From: a virus
Direction: 5' to 3' (one strand)
Virus record (IMG/VR): IMGVR_UViG_3300020129_000291
Length of the DNA stretch: 36,035 bases
Shown: positions 7,776-15,705 of the stretch, piece after piece
How the letters are laid out: every line of letters starts with the position of its first letter
Numbering within the stretch: position 1 is the first letter of the stretch
Program-made: the position numbers and the translations under genes
Notes under the pieces: generated by a model
The model's database searches: none
Told to the model about the DNA's origin: nothing
Seen by the model: the letters and a program-made list of their open reading frames with translations, nothing else

Positions 7776-8237
7776 ATGCCCGAGAAGACGGCGAAACCGT
7801 CACGCATTCGCGTGTTCCTCAACGCCTACGCGACGTCCGGCAACGTCAAAGCCGCGGCCGCGGCCGCTGGCATCGATCGCACGATGCACTACCGCAAGCT
7901 GGACTCGGACCCCGAATACCGCAAGCGGTTCGAGGCTCTGCAGGATCGCGTAGGCCAGGAACTGGAGGACGTTCTCATTGATCGCGCCGTGAACGGCGTC
8001 AAGCGTCAATTGTATTGGCGCGGGAAGCCGATGAAGACGAAAAGCGGACACCTCATCTACGAGACGGAGTACGACAATAATCTGGCCGTGGTGTTGCTGA
8101 AGCGCTTCCGGCCGAAGCTGTACCGCGAGCATACGGCCGTCGAACACAGCGGGAGTATCAACCTGGTTGAGCGGCTGGAAGCGGCGCGCGCGCGCCTGGT
8201 CGCGATGAAAAAAGCAGAGGACGACAAGGCGGGATGA
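7776..8237 (+). CDS. HTH protein resembling a terminase small-subunit DNA-binding domain.
   Basis: IRVFLNAYATSGNVKAAAAAAGIDRTMHYRKLDSDPEYRKRFEALQDRV is the HTH pattern common in small terminase or terminase-associated regulators (from memory). However, it is far from TerL and on the other strand. Confidence 0.4.
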   Translation: MPEKTAKPSRIRVFLNAYATSGNVKAAAAAAGIDRTMHYRKLDSDPEYRKRFEALQDRVGQELEDVLIDRAVNGVKRQLYWRGKPMKTKSGHLIYETEYDNNLAVVLLKRFRPKLYREHTAVEHSGSINLVERLEAARARLVAMKKAEDDKAG

Positions 8238-8268
8238 AGGCCGGGTGAGGCAGCGGGAGACGTGGGAT

Positions 8269-9222
8269 TCAGTTAACCGTGTAGCTTGCCATCACGGTTC
8301 CCGCTTCTTCGTCTCCCGCTTGATGCTCTGGAATCCAGAACACTTGCCGAAGTTTCGGGTTGCCGAACAGGCCCTTACCCTTGGTGTAGTCCGCATAGTG
8401 GCCGCGTACCCAGTGGAAACGAATTGGGCATTCGTTATCCGCCGCCCGGGAAGACGTAGCGCGGCGAATCTTCGGCGCGTCGCTTACCTTGATCTCATGC
8501 CAGACGCTCGATGGTGGCCGGTTATGATGGCTGCGGTGACCGTTCCGGCCCTCAGGAATCTCTACAAGTCTGGCATTGGCGCAGTTCAATCGGGCGAATG
8601 TGTGGAGTATCCATCCCTGGCGCATACGCATTTGGGCGTAGCAGAGATTTTTGGCTTTCTCGTCCTCTTCGGCGAGTGCGAGTGATGCCATTCTAAAAGA
8701 CCACAAGAACCGCCCGTCTTCATTCAACCAATAGATGCAATTGCCGGTTGGAGTAGCCGAACCGTTGTAGTCGTGGATCAACAGCGCATTTACAAATGTC
8801 GTTGGGCGATCAATCTCAATCTGCCTCATGGCATCTTCCGGCATCGTCCGCCCGTTGGCAAAACTGCGGAGGATATTTTCGGTTCCCTCGATCCGCAAAA
8901 TCAGCGCGCCAATTCGTTGCGCATTGAATCCATCTTGCGACGGTATCAGCGCTTCCAGCCAGACTCGTTCAAACGGCGGTTTTGGTCGTGGAATCTCCTC
9001 AAAATTTAGCAACCGCTTCCAGGTATCCTCGTCCCGCTTTTCGGGTGGGGGCATTACGGTATCGTTCCAGACCGACTGCGCGTTAATTAACTTCGTTTGA
9101 GGATCGCGAAGGCCCGCGCTCGTATAGATAGCGAACGCCTCAAAGAGTTCCTGCTCGTAATATTCGGGAACGTAAAACCGGCCCTTTTGAATGATGGATC
9201 GCAGACTGCTCATTTGAGGCAA
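8269..9222 (-). CDS. Hypothetical 317-aa accessory protein.
   Basis: Long ORF with normal composition and visibly lower GC than the structural genes. The C-terminal FHWVRGHYADYTKGKGLFGNPKLRQVFWIPEHQAGD looks conserved. No domain recognised. Confidence 0.65.
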   Translation of the reverse strand: MPQMSSLRSIIQKGRFYVPEYYEQELFEAFAIYTSAGLRDPQTKLINAQSVWNDTVMPPPEKRDEDTWKRLLNFEEIPRPKPPFERVWLEALIPSQDGFNAQRIGALILRIEGTENILRSFANGRTMPEDAMRQIEIDRPTTFVNALLIHDYNGSATPTGNCIYWLNEDGRFLWSFRMASLALAEEDEKAKNLCYAQMRMRQGWILHTFARLNCANARLVEIPEGRNGHRSHHNRPPSSVWHEIKVSDAPKIRRATSSRAADNECPIRFHWVRGHYADYTKGKGLFGNPKLRQVFWIPEHQAGDEEAGTVMASYTVN

Positions 9223-9279
9223 TTCTACCTATCCGCTAAAATGCGCAGCAACCGCTAGTGCGCCGAACCCCTGGTATCA

Positions 9280-9295
9280 TTGCGTCCGGACGCAA
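9280..9295. repeat. Perfect 16-bp palindrome TTGCGTCCGGACGCAA.
   Basis: Read directly in the 185-bp non-coding gap between 8269..9222 and the recombinase gene. A GTGCGC-AAC-GCGCAC imperfect palindrome lies at 9343-9357. Confidence 0.6.
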
Positions 9296-9407
9296 AACAG
9301 GTGTTCTCTGGCCCGTTTCGTGTTGCATCTGTTGCACGGGAGGTGCGCAACGCGCACAATTTCGGCAATGCCGAGACTCTGCACAGTCTGGACATTAACA
9401 GAGTTGG

Positions 9408-10064
9408 CTATCTCCAATTCCTTAATCGTGCTGCGCGCTCCTCGTTCGCTTGCTCGGTGAGCTTCGCATAAACCATCGTGCTGCGAATGTCCGCATGGCC
9501 GAGGTGCGCCTGAACGTGCGCAACCGATTCTTTCAACACTGAAAGCATGATCGTTCCGCAGGTGTGTTTGAGCGTGTGAAAGTGGGCCTTTTCGCGTGGA
9601 ATGCCGACGCGCAGACAATACCGCTTCATCAGGCGGTCAAGCTGTCTCTGGCCGATCGGCGTTCCCTCGCGCGTGATGAACAGCGGCCCCGGCGTATATC
9701 CACGTTTCTTCACCCAGTGCCGAATGGCGACGGCCGCGGCTGGAACTAAGCGCGTATCGCCGCCAATCGAGCCCTTCAGACGTTCGATAACCAATCGGTC
9801 CTGATCCGCGGCCTTTGATTTGCCAGGTCTATAGTCGGTCATCTGGATTTTGCCAATCTCGCTTGCTCGCAACCCGTGTTGATAGGCCAATCGGAATATC
9901 GCGCGATCACGCATACTGGTTATGCAGGCGAGTAGCGCCTCTATCTCCTCTGTTATCAGATACTTATAGCGCTGTTGGGGCTTAGGCTCGGGAGTCTGAT
10001 AATACGGATTACCAGCCTCTCGCGTCTGTGAAGTCTTCAATTTCCCAATGTTTTTACGCATCAT
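9408..10064 (-). CDS. Short tyrosine recombinase (catalytic domain only, FimB/FimE-sized).
   Basis: Contains HGLRASE (Arg I), HFHTLKHTCG (box II with Lys where HxLRH is canonical) and LGHADIRSTMVYAKL (His and the Tyr nucleophile). Only 218 aa, with no N-terminal core-binding domain. Confidence 0.85.
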   Translation of the reverse strand: MMRKNIGKLKTSQTREAGNPYYQTPEPKPQQRYKYLITEEIEALLACITSMRDRAIFRLAYQHGLRASEIGKIQMTDYRPGKSKAADQDRLVIERLKGSIGGDTRLVPAAAVAIRHWVKKRGYTPGPLFITREGTPIGQRQLDRLMKRYCLRVGIPREKAHFHTLKHTCGTIMLSVLKESVAHVQAHLGHADIRSTMVYAKLTEQANEERAARLRNWR

Positions 10065-10114
10065 GGGGTTAAGTCTCCGGAATTTTCAGTCTCTCAATCG
10101 CTATCATACTTGCT

Positions 10115-10972
10115 ATGCAAGAGCGTTTGCTCGATCAACAAATTGAGAGGATGCACCACTTTACGCCGGATGAAATCGCCCTGCTGTTAAAGGCGATTGC
10201 GAACGCGCGGGACAAGGCTATTGTGCATCTGGCGTTGGATCACGGTTTGCGGTCGAGCGAAATCGGACTGCTCGATATTGGCGATTATTTCCCAGGTAAG
10301 ACGCACCTGTGTCCGGACCGGATTGTGCTGAAGCGGGTGAAAGGATCAATCGGCGGCGAAGCAATGCTCGGCCCAGAGGCGACGATAGCGTTACGAAAAT
10401 GGCTTCGGGTTCGCGGGCGCAACGCTGGACCGCTCTTCATCACGCAACGAAGAACGGCTATTTCTCGCAACACCCTCGATGATCTGATGAAAAAATATTG
10501 CGAGAATGCCGGAATCTCGCCGGAAAAGGCCCACTTCCACGCACTGAAGCATACGTGCGCGCTTCAGACGCTGCGGTTGACGCGATCACTCGTCAGCGTC
10601 CAATTGAAACTTGGCTATGCCAGTCTGCAAAGCGCCTTACCGTATGCCAGAGTTCTTCAGTCGGAATTCGAAGGCGTGGCGGCTCGCAGTGTCACGCCAT
10701 CACTTCCAACGGAGTCCGGATATGTGTACTTTGTCGAAACCGAAGACGGCCAGCACGTGAAGATCGGTTTCTCTACACGCCCGCGCCAGCGCTTCACCGG
10801 GTTGGGCACATTGCGGCCAAGTTCGTTCGCCATTCGCCTTATCGGATCGTTTCCGGCCTCGCGCGAAACAGAGTCATGGCTCCATCAAAAATTTGAGAGC
10901 GCCCGCGACAATGGCGAATGGTTCCGGAAGACTCCGGAGCTTGCACGCCTGATTCGAGCGTTGGTCGGATAA
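10115..10972 (+). CDS. Tyrosine recombinase catalytic domain fused to a C-terminal T5orf172/MUG113 (GIY-YIG-like) domain.
   Basis: Residues 1-185 are a paralog of 9408..10064 (HGLRSSE, HFHALKHTC, LGYASLQSALPYARV). Residues ~200-285 read SGYVYFVETEDGQHVKIGFSTRPRQRFTGL...ESWLHQKFESARDNGEWF, the T5orf172 signature. Confidence 0.8.
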   Translation: MQERLLDQQIERMHHFTPDEIALLLKAIANARDKAIVHLALDHGLRSSEIGLLDIGDYFPGKTHLCPDRIVLKRVKGSIGGEAMLGPEATIALRKWLRVRGRNAGPLFITQRRTAISRNTLDDLMKKYCENAGISPEKAHFHALKHTCALQTLRLTRSLVSVQLKLGYASLQSALPYARVLQSEFEGVAARSVTPSLPTESGYVYFVETEDGQHVKIGFSTRPRQRFTGLGTLRPSSFAIRLIGSFPASRETESWLHQKFESARDNGEWFRKTPELARLIRALVG

Positions 10973-10985
10973 AGACGCAAGACGC

Positions 10986-11022
10986 AAAAAAACCGGGACG
11001 CCTGCGAGGTGCAGCGTCCCGG
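10986..11022 (-). terminator. Intrinsic terminator of the leftward late operon.
   Basis: Minus strand reads CCGGGACGC-tgcacctcgcag-GCGTCCCGG-TTTTTTT: a 9-bp GC stem, a 12-nt loop and a T7 run, 86 nt after the stop of 11109..14126. Confidence 0.7.
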
Positions 11023-11108
11023 GTACAAAGGAAATCCACCGATTTTCGCGGAGGTATGTGTCTGTGCGGAAGTATGCGGCCGACGTAGACCGGCGTCAAG
11101 GGCAGGAA

Positions 11109-14100
11109 CTAGCGAACGGGTTTTGATCGCCGCTTGCGTGGCGCCGCGGCCGCGGGCGGTTCCGGCATCAACTCGCGCAGGTTTGCCGGTGGCGGTGTAC
11201 TCCCGCCGAATGCGTCGGTGAATGCTTCGCCTGGTGTGGACTTGCCGAACATGGTCGGCTCAGCGTTGGTGACGTATCGCCGAAACGCCTTCGATACCTC
11301 ATTCGGTTTACTGTCGCGTAGGAACTGCGCCAGGTCGACGGCCGCCTGAGAGAATTTAGGCGCATCGCTGAATATGCTTTCCTGCGCGATTGCGTCCGGC
11401 AAATGTCCAATACCGTGCGCGCGAGCGTATTCGAGTAGGTTTATCGATTCGCGCAACGTGGGCAGTAGATCGAATCCGGCTTTCTGGCCTGATTGCAGGA
11501 CGGGCGAAATAACCCGTTCCAGTTTGGCGCGCAACTCCGGAGGGGTGCGGGTCAATTGGTCCGCGGTTTCGAATACCTGCCCGAGTAGCATTTTCGAAAT
11601 CCGCTCTTTGCCGGCGGCCGTGACCGAACCCGTGCGCGCGTCGACCAGATTCGGTTTTTCCTGCATCGTGAAAACGCCATCGTCAACCAGCTTGTTCACG
11701 ATCGCGGCGCCGTTCTTTCCGCTGAGGACATCGTTTAGCGTGGCGTCGGCGCCTTCGGTGTCGATCGCCTTGGCGAGATAGTCCGCGGCCGCTGGCGTGA
11801 TCGTGCGCGCGTCCGCGGTGGCGCGCTCGGCCGCGGTGAGTGCGGCGGTTCCGGTCTTGTTCAAATTGGTGATTGCCCGCTGTGGGTCGCCTTCAGCCGC
11901 TGCGAGTTCGCGAACCAGTATCGGCCGCTTCATGCCGGCGAGTTGCGCGGGATCGATGCCAAACGCGGGCGCCCTGCGGGCAAGCTCGGCGCGGTATGCG
12001 ACCGCCCCGGTGGGGTTGTTCTTGTAGACCCGTTCAAGGATCATCGCGCGATTGTTGCCGCCGAGTACGTTCCCGTTGGGATCGATGACGGGCGGCCCGT
12101 GCGTAGCGTCGGGAGAGTCGGCCAGAGGATAGGCGGGGTCAAACGTGTCGGCTTTGCTGTTGACTACAACCCGTTCTTTGTTGGTGGGGTTTGAGTAATC
12201 GCGATCGTTCTTGAAATAGTAGTCGGGGTTTTGCTGGAAGGTCTGCGGGTTGTGACTCGGGTAAACGTCGTCTAGCTCTCTGACTGCGTACTGTCCTTGG
12301 TAGGTTGTGGTTTCGCCTGGGACTCTGATGGTGACGTCTGCGCCGCGTTGGACTGGCGCCACTGGTTCACGCGGTCCATAAACCGGCGCCCCCGTGCTTC
12401 CGGTTGGTTTTCGGGAAGTCTGTCCGATGGCAGGTGTACTTTTAGCATTTGGCTCTATTGTAGCGGCTCCGGTTGCTTTCGCCTGCTCGAATGCCGCTTT
12501 ACCTTGCGCGGCCGTCGCCGGTCCCGGCTGCTCGGCTTGCCAAAGTGCATCGAGTTTTTGCAGCGTCATCGCCCGGGTAACTTCGCTCGGCGGCCCGTGC
12601 TTAAAGTTCTTCGCTAGATCCACCCATTGCTGTTCTTTGAATCCATGCGTGGGGTCTTGAACGTCGGCGGATGTCAAATTGTGGTCGAAGAACTGTTGCG
12701 CGTAGATGGTGGCCTTCGCGTCCTGAGCGCCCGCCTTAAAATCCCGTGGGGCTGCTGTTTCGGTCGCCGCCTTGACCGGTTGTATCTGGTCGCGTAGTGT
12801 GGTCGCGGCCGCTTCCGCTGGCGCATTGGTCCGCAAATTTTGCGGGATGATGTCGGGGAGTTGCGCGGGGACGCTCTGAACGAAGCTGGTATCGGTCGAG
12901 GCGGGCGGCGCCGCTTCCGGCGGTTGGCTGACACGTCGCGCGATCTCAACCACGTTCGCCTGGTCGACCGCATTCAGTTTCTTGTAGGGCTTGCCGGTCT
13001 GGTCCCTGGCAATCTGATCGAGCATTGCCGGAGTGACTTCGATTCCACTCGGCGGCGCTTCCGGCCCCGGCATCTCGATTACACGCGCGGGTCCTGGTGG
13101 CAGCGCTCGCGCTGGATTCGGCCCGGTGGGATACATCCCCGGAACGCTGCGTACAAAACTTTCGGCCGCTGGTGCCGGTGTGATGATCCCCCCCGGCGGT
13201 AGTTGCCGCGGCGGGTTAACCATCGCTTCCTGCGCGTCGGTTACCTTCGCCCCTCTGGCCAGTGCAGCGTCGGCGGCTTCGCGTGCGGCCTGTTGGGCGG
13301 CGAGGTCGGCGGCCGCGGCTGCGGCGCGATCGGCGAGCGCTCCACGCGCGCCAGTAATCGCGCCTTGCGCCAGTTCCTTGCCGGCGGCGATCTTTGCCGC
13401 GGCAATCATGCCTTCGACCCCGCCTAAAGCGCCGTAGACCGATCGCTCGGCGGCGGCCGTCGCGGCAGTTGGTATGGCCTTCACTAATCCGGTAGCGGCG
13501 CCACGCGCTACGGTGCCGGTGGTGGCGGTCGCGCGTCCGGTGGCTTCCGCCAGTGGCCCCGCAACCATCGGCACAACCAGAGCGGCCGTATGCCCTACCG
13601 CGGCCGCGGGGTCGCCGCGATCGACGTCCATCCCCACCTGCTGCGCTGGCGCGCCGAGAAACGGAACCGCGCCCGCTAGGTGAAAGGCTGTGCCGCTCAA
13701 ATCGCCCTTGAGCATCGATTCGCCTGTGCGCGAGAGTTCACCCCACATCCGGCCCGGTTCGGCGGCAATTCCGCTGACGATCGCTTTGGCCGTGTCGAAT
13801 GCTTTTTTATTTGCTTTCGGGTCGCGCCAGTCGCCGCCGAGCATATCGGTGAGCGCCTGCCCGCCGATTCCCTCCCAAAACGCTTTGGCAGTTTTGGCGA
13901 TCGGCGAGGGTTCCGGCGGCTTCTGCGCCGATTGGTAGGGGAGTTCCCACGGGTCCACGCCTGGAGCGGCTGCAGGAGCGGCTGCAGGAGCGGCCGCCCG
14001 CTGAATGGGCCCGAGTTGAATTTTCGGCTCGCTGCCCTGCAGACCTTTGACGGTGTATCCCGTCGATGCCTGCGGCGGCGGCGCCGCGGGCGCATAGTTG

Positions 14101-14126
14101 AGTTCCCACGGGTCCTGGTCGAGCAT
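11109..14126 (-). CDS. Large internal/ejection (polyvalent-type) virion protein with a ParB-like module.
   Basis: 1005 aa and the last gene of the late operon. Features: N-terminal DPWELNY/DPWELPY repeats, Gly/Ala hydrophobic segments, an Ala-rich coil and Pro-rich linkers. Residues ~610-745 read YAVRELDDVYPSHNP...NDRDYSNP...GPPVIDPNGNVLGGNNRAMILERVY...KRPILVREL, which resembles ParB/sulfiredoxin-fold domains of polyvalent proteins. Confidence 0.6.
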   Translation of the reverse strand: MLDQDPWELNYAPAAPPPQASTGYTVKGLQGSEPKIQLGPIQRAAAPAAAPAAAPGVDPWELPYQSAQKPPEPSPIAKTAKAFWEGIGGQALTDMLGGDWRDPKANKKAFDTAKAIVSGIAAEPGRMWGELSRTGESMLKGDLSGTAFHLAGAVPFLGAPAQQVGMDVDRGDPAAAVGHTAALVVPMVAGPLAEATGRATATTGTVARGAATGLVKAIPTAATAAAERSVYGALGGVEGMIAAAKIAAGKELAQGAITGARGALADRAAAAAADLAAQQAAREAADAALARGAKVTDAQEAMVNPPRQLPPGGIITPAPAAESFVRSVPGMYPTGPNPARALPPGPARVIEMPGPEAPPSGIEVTPAMLDQIARDQTGKPYKKLNAVDQANVVEIARRVSQPPEAAPPASTDTSFVQSVPAQLPDIIPQNLRTNAPAEAAATTLRDQIQPVKAATETAAPRDFKAGAQDAKATIYAQQFFDHNLTSADVQDPTHGFKEQQWVDLAKNFKHGPPSEVTRAMTLQKLDALWQAEQPGPATAAQGKAAFEQAKATGAATIEPNAKSTPAIGQTSRKPTGSTGAPVYGPREPVAPVQRGADVTIRVPGETTTYQGQYAVRELDDVYPSHNPQTFQQNPDYYFKNDRDYSNPTNKERVVVNSKADTFDPAYPLADSPDATHGPPVIDPNGNVLGGNNRAMILERVYKNNPTGAVAYRAELARRAPAFGIDPAQLAGMKRPILVRELAAAEGDPQRAITNLNKTGTAALTAAERATADARTITPAAADYLAKAIDTEGADATLNDVLSGKNGAAIVNKLVDDGVFTMQEKPNLVDARTGSVTAAGKERISKMLLGQVFETADQLTRTPPELRAKLERVISPVLQSGQKAGFDLLPTLRESINLLEYARAHGIGHLPDAIAQESIFSDAPKFSQAAVDLAQFLRDSKPNEVSKAFRRYVTNAEPTMFGKSTPGEAFTDAFGGSTPPPANLRELMPEPPAAAAPRKRRSKPVR

Positions 14127-15697
14127 TAGCGTGTTACCGGCGTCCAGACTTTGTAATTATTCCGGTCGTTGGGGTCGCCACCGATGAACATATAGTTTTG
14201 ACCGGCCTTGCCGGGGATGATATCGCCGACTTTCGGCGGCGCCGCCGGTTGCGCTGGCTGCGCGGCCGCGGGAGGGAGTTGCCGCCCTGCGCCCGTCAGA
14301 CTCTGCCGGTAGGTGCCGAGATCGCGCGTCAGGAGTTCTTGCAGCTTGCTTAGTTTGCTCTGCGCCACTTCCGGCGTATCGATCATCGTTGGGAGAATAT
14401 TTTTATATTTCTCCTCGTCTTCCTTCCGCAGAACCCCGCCCTCTAATCCCTTGCCGATGATCTGGCGCGCCAGGTCGATGTCGGCCTGCAGTTTTTTCCG
14501 TTCGGTCGCATACGGCAACTGAGTGAGACGGCCGCTTACCGGTCCGATGAGGTCGGCGTTTTTCTCCAGCGTCGATTTGAGATTACCGGCGATGCCGAGA
14601 GCTTTCTGGATGTCCTGCAGCTTGGTTAGTTCGGTATCGGACGGCTTCGCGGCGAACTGCGTCCAACCCCGTTGCGCGAGGATCGGCGCAATTTCCCTCT
14701 GTTGTTCCCCCGGCAGATTCGCGTAGACAACCCCGCTTTTGTCATTCATCACGGCGTTAACCAGCGCTTCGTTTTTCTGGTTCGTGAATCCCTGTTTCGC
14801 CTGCTCGGTGGCAAGACCGATCGCGGCCTGTTGTGCGACCTTCTGTTCCTGAACGCCCGCCGGTAGCGGAATCGTCTCACCGGGTTTTGCCGCGGTGGAT
14901 GCCATGCCCACAATCCGCTGGACATCGGCCAGTGGCATATTCTCAAGGCCCCGGAAATACGTCTGCGCTTCCGCGGGTTGTCTTGAGAGCCACGCGGGAA
15001 AATTCTTCATATCGGTAAGCGTTTGGATGGTCTGGCCCGCATCCTGTAGTGCAGACTGTCGCGCTTTCGATTGGGCTTCAGAGAGTTGATACGGTGCGAG
15101 AGTCGCTTTGCGCGTTTCTTCCAAATCCGCCAGCGCGGCTGAGTGCTGCTGCTCTGCGGTCATCGCCTGCGCTTGGAACTGTTTGAACTCCGCCGGATCG
15201 AATCCCTTGGTGTTCAGATGATCGAGCAATTGGCGGCCGATCTGGGCATTTTGAGTGGGGTCCGCAGCAAAAGCGCGGCGGTTGATTCCTTCCCAAACTG
15301 CGCGGACCGCAGAATCTTTATCAGTCGCTGATCCGGCCAGCGAACCAAGCGTTGCGGCTCGTTCCTGCTCAGTCTTATAAAACTGCTGTAACTGCTCGCT
15401 TTGCGCTTTGATCAGAGGGATTGCGCGGGTTGGACCGATTGTCGAAATGATGTCAGCGTGGGTCGGGTTCGGGTTAGTCGAATAAAGTTGGCGCAGTTTA
15501 TCCTCTTCATCGATCTGCCTCTGTCGCTCCTGCAATTGCAGTTGCTGCGATTGCAATCCGAGTTGCCCCGATTGCCCCTGCGTCATCAGGTTTTGGAGCG
15601 TCAGCACTTTAGTGAAGCGATCCAGCGGACTCTGGATCTCGGGAACCGGAATTACCGGTGGCCGTACTTGCAGCGAAATAGATGGATCAATCGCCAT
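14126..15697 (-). CDS. Internal virion/ejection protein (coiled-coil rich).
   Basis: The ATG at 15697 (MAIDPSISLQ) is preceded by AGAGG. 523 aa, Gln/Ala-rich and helical. The track ORF extends to 15853, overlapping the upstream gene. Confidence 0.6.
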   Translation of the reverse strand: MAIDPSISLQVRPPVIPVPEIQSPLDRFTKVLTLQNLMTQGQSGQLGLQSQQLQLQERQRQIDEEDKLRQLYSTNPNPTHADIISTIGPTRAIPLIKAQSEQLQQFYKTEQERAATLGSLAGSATDKDSAVRAVWEGINRRAFAADPTQNAQIGRQLLDHLNTKGFDPAEFKQFQAQAMTAEQQHSAALADLEETRKATLAPYQLSEAQSKARQSALQDAGQTIQTLTDMKNFPAWLSRQPAEAQTYFRGLENMPLADVQRIVGMASTAAKPGETIPLPAGVQEQKVAQQAAIGLATEQAKQGFTNQKNEALVNAVMNDKSGVVYANLPGEQQREIAPILAQRGWTQFAAKPSDTELTKLQDIQKALGIAGNLKSTLEKNADLIGPVSGRLTQLPYATERKKLQADIDLARQIIGKGLEGGVLRKEDEEKYKNILPTMIDTPEVAQSKLSKLQELLTRDLGTYRQSLTGAGRQLPPAAAQPAQPAAPPKVGDIIPGKAGQNYMFIGGDPNDRNNYKVWTPVTR

Positions 15698-15705
15698 AAA
15701 AACCT

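Noticed and set aside
9243-9436. 8-bp inverted repeat GCGCAGCA / TGCTGCGC flanking the int-adjacent gap, considered as FimS-like inversion boundaries.
   Set aside because: An 8-mer match at this distance is expected by chance, and one arm lies inside the recombinase coding sequence. There is no supporting evidence without read-level inversion data.
10971-10980. The 10-mer AAAGACGCAA after the recombinase-T5orf172 gene also occurs at 10-19 next to the circular junction (a possible att or pac core).
   Set aside because: A single 10-mer coincidence in 36 kb is only weakly unexpected, and there is no flanking similarity.
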